From contig CAZAFC010000001.1 of the NCBI GenBank assembly GCA_964484675.1, positions 2,826-66,825 on the forward strand: DNA of 64,000 nt, given 5' to 3'. Source of the stretch: an uncultured Candidatus Saccharibacteria bacterium. Lineage in GTDB: Bacteria; Patescibacteriota; Saccharimonadia; Saccharimonadales; UBA4665. The notes beneath the pieces were generated by a model, which saw nothing but the letters and a program-made list of their open reading frames with translations, did not search any database and had not been told where the DNA came from. This document shows, piece after piece, positions 55,378 to 64,000 of the stretch; positions within the stretch are counted from its first letter, which is position 1, and the number at the start of each line of letters is the position of its first letter. The position numbers and the translations under genes were made by a program.

Positions 55378-58191
55378 CTACTTGAGGAGTTTGGCTAGGA
55401 ACTGGCCGGTGTAGCTTTCTTTGGTTTTGGCGACTTGTTCGGGGGTGCCGGTGGCGACGATTTGGCCGCCAGCGGAGCCGCCTTCGGGGCCCATGTCGAT
55501 GAGCCAGTCAGCGGATTTGATGACGTCGAGGTTGTGTTCGATGACGACCATACTGTTGCCGGCGTCGACGAGCGCGTGCAGCACGTGTAGGAGCCGCTCG
55601 ACGTCGGCCATGTGCAGGCCGGTGGTCGGCTCGTCCAGAATGTACAATGTGCGGCCAGTCGGGCGCTTGGAGAGTTCGGTGGCCAATTTAATCCTTTGCG
55701 CTTCGCCGCCGGAGAGCTGCGTGGCGGGCTGACCGAGCGAGATGTAGCCAAGGCCAACGTCCACCAAAGTCTGCAGCTTGCGTGCGATGCTCGGCTGATT
55801 GGTAAAAAAGTCTAAGGCCTGCTCGCAGTTCATCTCGAGCACGTCGCTGATCGTCTGACCCTTGTACGTGATCTCGAGAGCCTCGCGGTTGTAGCGCTTG
55901 CCGTGGCAGACTTCGCACTGCACGTAGACGTCGGGCAGGAAGTGCATTTCGATCTTGATGATGCCGTCGCCGGCGCAGTTTTCGCAGCGACCGCCCTTGA
56001 CGTTGAAGCTGAACCGGCCGGCGGCGTAACCGCGAAGCTTGGCTTCGGGCGTGCTGGCGAACAGTTCGCGAATCGGCGTGAACAAACCTGTGTAGGTGGC
56101 CGGATTCGACCGCGGTGTGCGGCCGATGGGCGATTGATCGATGATAATCGCTTTGTCGAGCTCCTTGATGCCCTGAATTTCGTCGTGCCGGCCAGGCACG
56201 GTGTTGGCGCGCATCAGCCGAGCTTGGAGCTCTTTGGCAAGGATATCGTTGATAAGCGAAGATTTGCCCGAGCCGGACACGCCGGAAACGACCACCAGCT
56301 CACCGAGCGGAATTTTGGCCGTCACGTCGCGCAAATTGTTTTCGCGCGCGCCGACGATGGTGAGGAATTTACCATTGCCCTTGCGGCGCTTCTTGGGCAC
56401 CGCGATTTGCTTCTTGCCCGAGAGATATTGCCCGGTGATGCTCGCCGGAGTTGCCATAACTTCCTTCGGTGTGCCCGCCGCAACGACATGGCCGCCGTGC
56501 ACACCCGCGCCCGGCCCGATATCGAGCAGATAGTCGGCCGTGCGAATCGTATCTTCGTCGTGCTCGACCACAACCACGGTGTTGCCAAGCTCTTTCAAGT
56601 GCTTCAGCGTCTTGATAAGCCGCTCGTTATCGCGCTGGTGCAGCCCGATGCTCGGCTCGTCCAAAACATACAAAACACCTTGCAGACCAGAGCCGATCTG
56701 CGTAGCCAGCCGAATCCGCTGCGCTTCGCCACCACTCAGCGTTGTGGCGCTCCGCAGTAGGGTGAGGTAATTCAGCCCGACATCTTGCAAAAAGCCTAAG
56801 CGCGCGCGAACTTCCTTGAGAATCAGCTTGGCGATCTGCATTTCTTTGTCGGTGAGCTTGAGATCGCCGAAGTAGGCGTTGGCTTCGTCGATCGACATTT
56901 CACAGAGGTCCATGATGGAGTGCTTGGCAATCGTGATGGCCAAAACTTCCGGCTTGAGCCGCTTGCCGCCGCAGGCATAGCACGGCTTTTCGATCATGAA
57001 TCGCTCGATGTCGTTGCGGATAAATTCGCTGTCAGTTTCTTTGTGGCGGCGTTCGAGGTTCGGAATCACGCCTTCAAACGTTGTATTAAACACACGCCCG
57101 CCGCCCAGGCTGACCTTGTACGTCTCGTCGCCGGTGCCATACAGCACGCGCTTGAGATCTTCGGCGCTCAACTCGCCCGTCGGCACGTGCAAGCTAAAGC
57201 CGTGTGCGTCCGCTACGGCCTGCATCTTCTTCATGTACCACGTGTCCACGTTGACGCGGTTAAAAGGCCGTATAGCGCCCTCTGCGATCGTTAGGCGGCC
57301 ATTTGGAATCACCAGCTCCGGGTCAACTTCCAGCCGCGAGCCGAGGCCAGTGCACACCGGGCATGCACCCTGTGGCGAGTTGAAGCTGAACGTGCGCGGT
57401 TCGAGCTCAGGAATCGCAACGTCTGGGTGGTCGATGCAGGCGTACATCAGGCTGTACTGGAACTCTTCGTTGTTCTCGGCGTTCACGACGCGGATTTTGC
57501 CCTCGGCCACCTCGAGCGCCTGCTCCACCGACTGCGCCAGTCGCGAGCGCGATTCTTCGTTGTTCACCAGCCGGTCGATCACCACGTCGATGGTGTGCTT
57601 GTAGTTTTTGTCGAGCGAAGGGAATTCGTCGAGCGCGTACACCACGCCATCGACGCGGGCGCGGGCAAAACCAGCGCGCATGTACTGCTCGGGCACATGC
57701 TCGAAGGCGCCTTTTTTGGCCGAGACGACCGGTGCGAGGATCATCAGGCGCGCATCGGCCGGCAATCTGACAATCTGATCGACAATGTTCTGAGTGGTTT
57801 GGCGCGTGACCGGCTTACCGCAAATCGGGCAGTGCGGCACGCCGATGCGCGCGAACAGCAGGCGCAAATAATCATAAATTTCGGTCACAGTCGCCACCGT
57901 GGAGCGCGGGTTGCGGCTCGTGGACTTTTGGTCGATCGAAATCGCCGGGCTCAGGCCGTCGATCTGGTCGACATCCGGCTTTTCCATCAGGCCGAGGAAT
58001 TGCCGCGCGTACGAGCTCAAACTCTCCACATACCGGCGCTGGCCCTCGGCATAAATCGTGTCAAAAGCAAGACTCGACTTGCCCGAACCGGACAAGCCCG
58101 TAATCACCACCAGCGCGTTGCGCGGCAGCTCCACATCAATATTCTTGAGGTTGTGCTCGCGCGCACCCTTGACGACAATCTTCTCAGCCAT
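55378..58191 (-). CDS. uvrA: Excinuclease ABC subunit A (UvrA)
   Basis: 937 aa with two ABC ATPase modules ([26 protein letters not shown] twice) and zinc-finger cysteine pairs. Confidence 0.95.
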   Translation of the reverse strand: MAEKIVVKGAREHNLKNIDVELPRNALVVITGLSGSGKSSLAFDTIYAEGQRRYVESLSSYARQFLGLMEKPDVDQIDGLSPAISIDQKSTSRNPRSTVATVTEIYDYLRLLFARIGVPHCPICGKPVTRQTTQNIVDQIVRLPADARLMILAPVVSAKKGAFEHVPEQYMRAGFARARVDGVVYALDEFPSLDKNYKHTIDVVIDRLVNNEESRSRLAQSVEQALEVAEGKIRVVNAENNEEFQYSLMYACIDHPDVAIPELEPRTFSFNSPQGACPVCTGLGSRLEVDPELVIPNGRLTIAEGAIRPFNRVNVDTWYMKKMQAVADAHGFSLHVPTGELSAEDLKRVLYGTGDETYKVSLGGGRVFNTTFEGVIPNLERRHKETDSEFIRNDIERFMIEKPCYACGGKRLKPEVLAITIAKHSIMDLCEMSIDEANAYFGDLKLTDKEMQIAKLILKEVRARLGFLQDVGLNYLTLLRSATTLSGGEAQRIRLATQIGSGLQGVLYVLDEPSIGLHQRDNERLIKTLKHLKELGNTVVVVEHDEDTIRTADYLLDIGPGAGVHGGHVVAAGTPKEVMATPASITGQYLSGKKQIAVPKKRRKGNGKFLTIVGARENNLRDVTAKIPLGELVVVSGVSGSGKSSLINDILAKELQARLMRANTVPGRHDEIQGIKELDKAIIIDQSPIGRTPRSNPATYTGLFTPIRELFASTPEAKLRGYAAGRFSFNVKGGRCENCAGDGIIKIEMHFLPDVYVQCEVCHGKRYNREALEITYKGQTISDVLEMNCEQALDFFTNQPSIARKLQTLVDVGLGYISLGQPATQLSGGEAQRIKLATELSKRPTGRTLYILDEPTTGLHMADVERLLHVLHALVDAGNSMVVIEHNLDVIKSADWLIDMGPEGGSAGGQIVATGTPEQVAKTKESYTGQFLAKLLK

Positions 58192-58449
58192 AAACGTATC
58201 AAGTATACGCCAAAAGCCGGCGCAATTCCACCCTTTGTCTGTATAAAAAATACTTCATCCAGCTACGTTGCGCCGACAGGAGTTATCTTGTTGCGCCACG
58301 TTCGGGAGCAAATCATGTAGTCGTGGCCAAAACAGCGTAAACCTATGCAAAACCCAACCAGCTTCCTCTTCGGAAAACCACACGCTGTGGCGGACTGGTT
58401 GGGTTTGCATACTACGCATGCGGAGATGAGGGCCCGGTGCAGCGCTTGG

Positions 58450-59118
58450 TTACTTCGCGACCAGCTGCCAGCCGATGCGGCGAAGCTTCGCCTGCTGCGC
58501 GGCCGTGTCGCCGGTGCTCAGGAACCATCCGCGGCCGTACGGCGGCACTCGCCAGCTGCTGCTGTCGTCGACGAGCACGAGACGGCCGGTGTCGGTCGCC
58601 CATGCCTTGCGCGGGTACGGGTGGATGTCGCTGCAGTCTGCCCACTCATCGTACGTGAGTGTGGTGGTGCCCTCGGTGTGGCGCGCGCCGATGACGGCGA
58701 GCATCTCGCTCAGGCGCTGGGCGATCAGCTGATCCAGGAAGTGGTGCGCGCCCGTGTAGGTGGTGCGGTACCGGTCGTCGCCCTGGCTGTGAACGATCAG
58801 CTGGGTGCTGTCGCATGCCAGCGTGGCCGAACGGACGTCGAACTCGACCGTGGTGTCCACGCGGATCTTGCGCGGGCTGAACTGGCCGCCGCGGCTGACG
58901 AAGTGCAGCCGGTCGCGGTCGAGCCGCAGCTGGCGCTCGCCGAAGCCGCGGTTGCGAAAGGCGCCCAAGCCCGCAGCGAAACGACGGTAGACGCCGGTCG
59001 GCACATACTCGAGCCGAGCCGGGTTGGAACCCTCGCGGAGCTTGAACCCCAGGTAGTCCCAGAGTCCGTTGAGGTCCCGGGCGTACGGCAGTTCCACGCT
59101 GTCGGCTTTTTTGGACAT
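58450..59118 (-). CDS. Hypothetical protein (high-GC orphan, 222 aa)
   Basis: GAAGGAGAGG SD before ATG 59118 (MSKKADSVELPY...). Balanced composition, unlike the Ala/Arg/Val-rich antisense ORF at 58345-59172. Confidence 0.65.
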   Translation of the reverse strand: MSKKADSVELPYARDLNGLWDYLGFKLREGSNPARLEYVPTGVYRRFAAGLGAFRNRGFGERQLRLDRDRLHFVSRGGQFSPRKIRVDTTVEFDVRSATLACDSTQLIVHSQGDDRYRTTYTGAHHFLDQLIAQRLSEMLAVIGARHTEGTTTLTYDEWADCSDIHPYPRKAWATDTGRLVLVDDSSSWRVPPYGRGWFLSTGDTAAQQAKLRRIGWQLVAK

Positions 59119-59265
59119 GGCTGTCCTCTCCTTCTTCGAAAGTGCGATCGTATGCAGTCCCAAAAGGGATAACCTATATTATAACATGAAACAACATATA
59201 TTCATAGTGCCCTGTTCTTATGCCTCGGGGTTCGGCCGCCTACATCTTCATCGCAAGCCAAAAAC

Positions 59266-59297
59266 CGCCCAACAAAAAACAACCCTTTGGAGGGTTG
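59266..59297 (-). terminator. Rho-independent terminator for a minus-strand transcript
   Basis: CAACCCT/AGGGTTG stem (59280-59297) with a 4-nt loop, followed on the minus strand by TTTTTTGTT. Confidence 0.5.
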
Positions 59298-59898
59298 TCG
59301 GCAGAAAACGGAATGAAAGATGAAAGTTAGATGCTGGACGAAGTGCTGGTGTGAGTGTAAAAGAAGGCTGCCTGCTGGGGCAAAAGTGTCGACTTTTCAG
59401 CCAATCCTCTGCCCCAGCGGCGCGCTTTTGAGTTTTTGAGTTCAGCCGATTTAAGCGGGCCAGTGTGCGCAAACCTATTGTTCGCGTCATTCCGTGCCAG
59501 CAAAATTGCGGGGCCGTTGCCATGGATGTGTGCCTGATCTCAAGACAGGCTGAGCATCCTTCCGCGTGTATCGATCGGCCATCTGAGCGAAACCGTCCCA
59601 CGGTGAAGGCGCAGTGCGCGCATACTGCGTCCGACGCCGCGTAGACAGTTCGCTCGAAGTCAGGGTACTCAATAGAACGGGAACGACATGGTGTCTCACT
59701 CCTCCTCTCACAGCCAGGCTGCCATCCACTTTTTGATGTGGCAGCGCAACCAAGGGAAGTACTAGGTGAAACCGCTGGTGAACCTCACTCGAGTCCTCAC
59801 TCTCGTGGGAGTCGTCCTGACTGGGCGCCATGCAAATGCCGGGCCGTACGTTGGCCTCATTGGCGCGTGGTCACTCGTGAAAAGGACGCCATTGTCCA

Positions 59899-59952
59899 GT
59901 TTATAGTGACTGTTTGCCTGCCATTGAGGGTAAGCAAGCAGTCACTATAAAC
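59899..59952. repeat. 14-bp perfect inverted repeat with a 26-nt loop
   Basis: GTTTATAGTGACTG (59899-59912) pairs with CAGTCACTATAAAC (59939-59952). Confidence 0.6.
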
Positions 59953-60253
59953 GCATCTAACTTTCAAAGGGCTACGGAGGTCGCAGCAGTGCTCCGCCTC
60001 AAGTAGATTCGCAGATAATACTACATTTATGGTATGTCGTCAATAGTTTATTGGGCGGAATTGGGCGGAGAGACCTGGCAATAAGTAACTGCGGCAAGCT
60101 TTTGTGAGGCCCATGTTGCGAATACAAATATTGACGGGCCAAGCGGGTGCGACGACTACAAATTTTAGTGCTCCAGCAATAGCCAATTATTGGATGTATC
60201 GAAAAATAACGAAAGAAATGAGAGAAGCAGACAGAAACAGGGGGAACGGCAGA

Positions 60254-60310
60254 GCTGGCCGGCAGGTTGCTGACACGTCCAAAAAGAACGTGCCACACCT
60301 GCCGGCCAGC
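60254..60310 (-). terminator. 14-bp stem-loop just 3' of the lipoprotein gene (no clear T-tract)
   Basis: GCTGGCCGGCAGGT (60254-60267) pairs with ACCTGCCGGCCAGC (60297-60310), 16 nt after the stop at 60326. Confidence 0.45.
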
Positions 60311-60325
60311 CATCAGCCGAAGGCT

Positions 60326-60895
60326 CTACTGCACCGTTGGCTCGATGATCTTACAGTGCTGCAGCTCAGCGACGGAGATCGTAAAGACATCCGTCTGGCC
60401 AGCTGCTGCCGCTTGCAGGGCCTGCTCGCACGCAGTGCTCTTGTAGTTCAGCTCGTACACGTACGCGAAGTGGGTACCGTACGGGACCGTTACTTCCAAG
60501 TCTGACGCCTGGACCTTCGCACTCGGCGTCGGGGTACTCGACAGAGTCGAGACCACGCTGCTGTAGCGATAGGCTGAGTGATCCGCGTTGGCCGTCATGA
60601 CCCACAGGTTGCTGGTGTACACGCAGAGCGTGATCGAAATGTCCACGCGGTCGCTCGACTTGTGTGTCTTGACGATATTCGCCGAGCTCGGCCCGCATAT
60701 CCCTCCCAACGCCGAGCCGGCAGAAGCCTTGCTGGAACTTGCCGTGCCGGACGTGCCCTGTTTCGGAGCAGAAGAGTTTGGGCCGGCGTTGACCGTGATC
60801 TCCGCGTGGTCGGGAAGCCCCGAACTACCACAAGCGCTCAGCGCCAGGATGCCGATGGTCGCCGCCAGACAAGCAAACCGCTTCCGATACTGCAT
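60326..60895 (-). CDS. Lipoprotein (lipobox LSAC)
   Basis: MQYRKRFACLAATIGILALSACGSSG..., a Ser/Gly-rich linker, then a ~120-aa Cys-containing domain. Confidence 0.7.
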   Translation of the reverse strand: MQYRKRFACLAATIGILALSACGSSGLPDHAEITVNAGPNSSAPKQGTSGTASSSKASAGSALGGICGPSSANIVKTHKSSDRVDISITLCVYTSNLWVMTANADHSAYRYSSVVSTLSSTPTPSAKVQASDLEVTVPYGTHFAYVYELNYKSTACEQALQAAAAGQTDVFTISVAELQHCKIIEPTVQ

Positions 60896-61305
60896 TATTG
60901 CTGCCGTACCTTTCTGTTGTGGTACTTGCGCTGCTGGCCGGAGCCAGCCCGTTCCCCATTCGAGGTTGGGTGCTCATTGCAGCGATCTGCAACGCGCATC
61001 CAACCTCGAGGGTTTCATAGCCTACTTCTCTCGTAAAGTGCCCGAATGCCTGGCAAGCCAGTCGCATTTGAACCTATTTATTTTATACTAAAATGTGACT
61101 TTTGCAACTAGCGCACCGGCATATCGAGAGGTCCAAGCTCCAGTTCCGGCCAAATTATCGCTATTGATATCTCGGCCAGTTTATTGTATGATCTGTCTAC
61201 TTCTTGAGCAACACCGCTCACGGAATGCCGCCGTTTATCGTGCGGCAAAGAAGTTGCTTGGCTTCATGGGAGACTCCCAATGAAGCGGTTTGAAAGGATG
61301 GTTCC

Positions 61306-61737
61306 ATGACTAGCGTGGTCGAACGCAGCGCCGTCCCGTCCAAGGCGACTCGCCCGGGGAGCGCGGCCGATGCCAGCCCACAGCCTGTGCGGCTCACCGA
61401 TGACGAGTACCGCACGTTGCTGCTGGTCAACATCGGTGAGCTGACCTACGACGCGTCGAACGCCCGTTCGACGATCTCCGGGGGTGCCTACCACACGCTC
61501 ATCAGCAGCGTGCCCAACAACACCTTCAACGGCATCTGCGTCACCGACAACGTGGAGATCAGCGGCCGTCGCAACCGCGGAGTGATCTACGTCCTGCCCA
61601 GCACCGAAGTGATCGTCTCGGACGATGCCGAGGTGGACGCCTCCGAGAGCAACCTCCGGCGCGTGACGATCGTGCGGATCACGCCCGAGGAAATGGCCAT
61701 CAGGCTGCGGCTCGTCCCGTGGTCGCTCGTCGCCTGA
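61306..61737 (+). CDS. Hypothetical protein (high-GC orphan)
   Basis: AAAGGA SD. 143 aa. No motif recognised. Confidence 0.55.
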   Translation: MTSVVERSAVPSKATRPGSAADASPQPVRLTDDEYRTLLLVNIGELTYDASNARSTISGGAYHTLISSVPNNTFNGICVTDNVEISGRRNRGVIYVLPSTEVIVSDDAEVDASESNLRRVTIVRITPEEMAIRLRLVPWSLVA

Positions 61738-61752
61738 GCCAAGCAATTCTTC

Positions 61753-61802
61753 GCAGATGGGCGAACCGCAACACGCGTTTACCGCGCCGTTCGCCCATCT
61801 GC
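61753..61802 (+). terminator. 14-bp perfect stem-loop after 61306-61737 (no T-tract)
   Basis: GCAGATGGGCGAAC (61753-61766) pairs with GTTCGCCCATCTGC (61789-61802). Confidence 0.45.
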
Positions 61803-61947
61803 AAGCTCCACCAAAACGCAGAAGATTTCCGCGCTTTGGCAGAGCTTCGTCCATGACAAGCATAAGCATATATAAAATCTATTTGCCTAAAGCGCTATTT
61901 TGTGTAGAATAGATTCAAAGATACAAAACCATGTAAGAGGTGTGGCT

Positions 61948-62139
61948 ATGTCCGAATTTATTGTGCTCGGCCTGATTCCAGGGACGCATGTGGCGATTAG
62001 CTTTGCGATATGGCTGGTGGTGATAAGTGCGCTCGGCACGCTATTTGCGGTGCGCGTTGTGGCGCAATCGCGAGCGCTGCGCGGCTGGCTGGTGAGCGCA
62101 CAGATCGCGCTGCTCACGCGTCGTCGTCTGTTGGTATGA
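61948..62139 (+). CDS. Small hydrophobic protein (63 aa, 1-2 TM)
   Basis: Internal ATG 61948 preceded by AAGAGG. MSEFIVLGLIPGTHVAISFAIWLVVISALGTLFAV... Its 3' end overlaps the sbcB 3' end by 26 nt. Confidence 0.35.
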   Translation: MSEFIVLGLIPGTHVAISFAIWLVVISALGTLFAVRVVAQSRALRGWLVSAQIALLTRRRLLV

Positions 62140-63565
62140 TGCTCTCGGCGTAGAGCTTGAGCTCCTCGAGCAAGTACTCTTGGTGGCTGGTGAGGTCGCC
62201 CTTGGCGGCGATGTCTTGCAAGCGGGCGAGATATTTGCCCATGCGGCTGTTTTTGCCGCCAGCCAGCAGCCGGTTTTTGCGAAATGCATCCCAGGTGGCA
62301 CGCTCTTCACTGGTCAGCTGCTTGGGGTAATTGCGCGCTTTGTAGAGCGGCAACAACGTGCTCAAGCGGTCGTCGTGAAATTTCAGCCCCAGCTCGCCCA
62401 GCTCCGCCGGATCGGCCGCCCGCACCACGCGCTGGCTTTGCCGGTCTTGCTCGTCAAAAAAGCCGTCGTACATCCGACCGTCAACATCTTGCTCATTTTG
62501 CAAAAACGACGTCTGGCGCGCATGTTCCATGAGCTCGCTCGCCTTGCGCAAGCGCGCTGCAAAATCGCCCATTGCCTTGAGCGCCGCCAAGTTTCGCTTG
62601 ACCATCTCCAGGTCGAGCTTGAGCCGCGCGTAGTCAGGCTCCTTCAGCACACCGAGCGGCGCAACCGCCGGACAGTGGTTGTACTGCAACACCTTGACTG
62701 GCAAGCGCAAGCCCGGCTCGTCCGGCTTTTTGAAGCGCCAAGCCTCAGCCAGCTGCTCGGGGGTGAGATCCTTGAACGGCGCCGGATCCGCGCGCAGATC
62801 ATACACCAGCGCGCGGCCCATCTTGGCGTCAAAACTCAGTGCCTGCGCCACGGTTGTTTTCTCAAATTCGCTTGGGTAGCGCCCGCTCGTGTACACAAAT
62901 GGCTGCCCGCCTTCCGCCAGTTCAGCCACCGCCCGTTTGCCGCGCATTTTGAACAGATACTCGAACAGCTGCTCGTGCTTGTTGCGAATCAGCCGCGCCA
63001 CTTCGATAGTGGCGTACACGTCGCTCAAAGCGTCGTGCGCGTGCTCGTGCTCGAGATTATTCAACGCCGTGAGCAGCTCCAGACGATTCGTCGGATTGCC
63101 GCGCACGTCGAACGGCCACTCGATGCCCTCTGGCCGCAGCGCGCGCGTCATGCGCACCACGTCGAGCAAATCCCAACGCGAGCGATCGTCCTGCCATTGC
63201 CACTCATACGGATCGTAAAAATTGCGGTAGTGCAGCGCGCGCATAAATTCATCATCAAACCGCACGGTGTTGTAGCCCACAAACACCGTGCCCGGCGTCG
63301 CGATCTGCTCGGTAAAATGCTTGAGAAACGCCGCCTCAGTAAAGCCGTCCTGCAACGTGGCTTGCGGCGTGATGCCTGTGATGAGCACCGCGTCGGGGTC
63401 CGGCAAAATATCGGGCGTGAGCGCGATCAGGTGATTTTCCGGCTCACCAATCGGCTTGAGGTTGAGATCAGTGCGAAGCCCCGCGAACTGCATGATCCGT
63501 GCCTCGCGCGCTTGCAAACCGCTCGTTTCCAGGTCATAAAAGAAAAAGCTAGCTGCCATGTCCAT
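62114..63565 (-). CDS. sbcB: Exodeoxyribonuclease I (SbcB)
   Basis: FFFYDLETSGL...RIMQFAGLRTD...GEPE...LPDPDAVLITGITPQ is collinear with the E. coli ExoI N-terminus. DEDDh exonuclease motifs (H..HDALSDV). Confidence 0.9.
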   Translation of the reverse strand: MDMAASFFFYDLETSGLQAREARIMQFAGLRTDLNLKPIGEPENHLIALTPDILPDPDAVLITGITPQATLQDGFTEAAFLKHFTEQIATPGTVFVGYNTVRFDDEFMRALHYRNFYDPYEWQWQDDRSRWDLLDVVRMTRALRPEGIEWPFDVRGNPTNRLELLTALNNLEHEHAHDALSDVYATIEVARLIRNKHEQLFEYLFKMRGKRAVAELAEGGQPFVYTSGRYPSEFEKTTVAQALSFDAKMGRALVYDLRADPAPFKDLTPEQLAEAWRFKKPDEPGLRLPVKVLQYNHCPAVAPLGVLKEPDYARLKLDLEMVKRNLAALKAMGDFAARLRKASELMEHARQTSFLQNEQDVDGRMYDGFFDEQDRQSQRVVRAADPAELGELGLKFHDDRLSTLLPLYKARNYPKQLTSEERATWDAFRKNRLLAGGKNSRMGKYLARLQDIAAKGDLTSHQEYLLEELKLYAESIIPTDDDA

Positions 63566-64000
63566 TCAGTGTAGCATTTTGCCGCGAGAAAAGCTTGCCT
63601 AGCAATGCGATTTGAACAGAGCGCAAACCGTAATCAGCAAACTCAAGTGACTATTCCGCAAACATTACAAAGGCTGAAGCGTTCATTGGTTCTAGATGTA
63701 GATGTACAGGCACCGATCCGACGATCGCCCTCTTGCAAGACAGCGAAGCTCGTGTTGTTGCTTGTTTTGAGAAGTCGGCCATTCTTGTGATAGTATTGAA
63801 TTATACCGATAAGATGTTAGAATATATATTGTAATCGCATACGTTGATAGCCCGGTCTTGTATCGGCGAACTGGCTGCTGACAAACATTGTCGTTGGCCA
63901 GTTCTCCAATACTGCATGGAGGCACCCATTCCCGATACGGAAGGTAGACATACGCATGGCTGTCATTCTCGTCCCCGATTGGGATAGGATCAACGAACCG

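Noticed and set aside
55903-58320. Plus-strand ORFs 55903-56760, 56996-57604 and 57427-58320
   Set aside because: All are antisense to uvrA with biased composition.
58345-59172. 275-aa plus-strand ORF
   Set aside because: It has an Ala/Arg/Val-rich antisense-type composition. The minus-strand ORF 58450-59118 has balanced composition and a GAAGGAGAGG SD.
62180-63574. 464-aa plus-strand ORF
   Set aside because: It is antisense to sbcB, which aligns collinearly with E. coli ExoI. The ORF's composition is Arg/Leu/His/Gln-rich.

Overview
64-kb window from a compact, moderately high-GC genome (backbone roughly 58-62% GC by eye). The cell type looks monoderm: lipobox lipoproteins, a sortase remnant, LemA-HtpX. 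Domain content leans actinobacterial (DUF3152-, DUF397- and Imm5-like), which could fit an actinobacterium or an actinobacteria-associated Patescibacteria/Saccharibacteria lineage, but I cannot verify taxonomy. I support about 57 protein genes, 3 tRNAs (Val-TAC, Leu-GAG, Leu-CAG, all with encoded CCA), one truncated sortase pseudogene and several terminators and promoters. I found no rRNA, CRISPR array, transposase or integrase. The housekeeping backbone includes rdgB-ligA-membrane-htpX plus lemA, uvrC, uvrA, sbcB, secG, rplY/ctc, an M24 aminopeptidase, trhO, an RpoD-like sigma factor, a FAD oxidase, dedA, a paired ABC exporter and a C1 peptidase/ABC-2 operon. The backbone is broken by compositionally deviant segments. 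Low-GC cargo lies at 18.3-19.4 kb, 24.7-25.8 kb and 51.6-55.4 kb. High-GC orphan genes lie at 13.3, 17.4, 39.1, 48.1-49.5, 58.5 and 61.3 kb. The most unusual feature is a low-GC operon of four tandem paralogs (52200-54578, minus strand). Each fuses a DNPH1/nucleoside-2-deoxyribosyltransferase-like N-glycosidase fold, with the catalytic Glu conserved, to a C-terminal ribbon-helix-helix domain. The operon sits next to an AT-rich control region with nested ATTATG repeats and a divergent SAM methyltransferase. I do not recognise this as a described system. Other notable items:
- An SF2 helicase carrying five homing-endonuclease-associated-type repeats, in a small accessory island next to tRNA-Val.
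- A roughly 105-nt hairpin/tRNA-T-arm-box/extended -10 module present three times, twice directly after tRNA-Leu genes.
- A widespread leaderless-type promoter geometry.
- A 1.1-kb ORF-poor, highly structured region.
All calls come from reading the sequence and from motif memory. Hairpin and repeat coordinates may be off by 1-2 nt. No database search was run.
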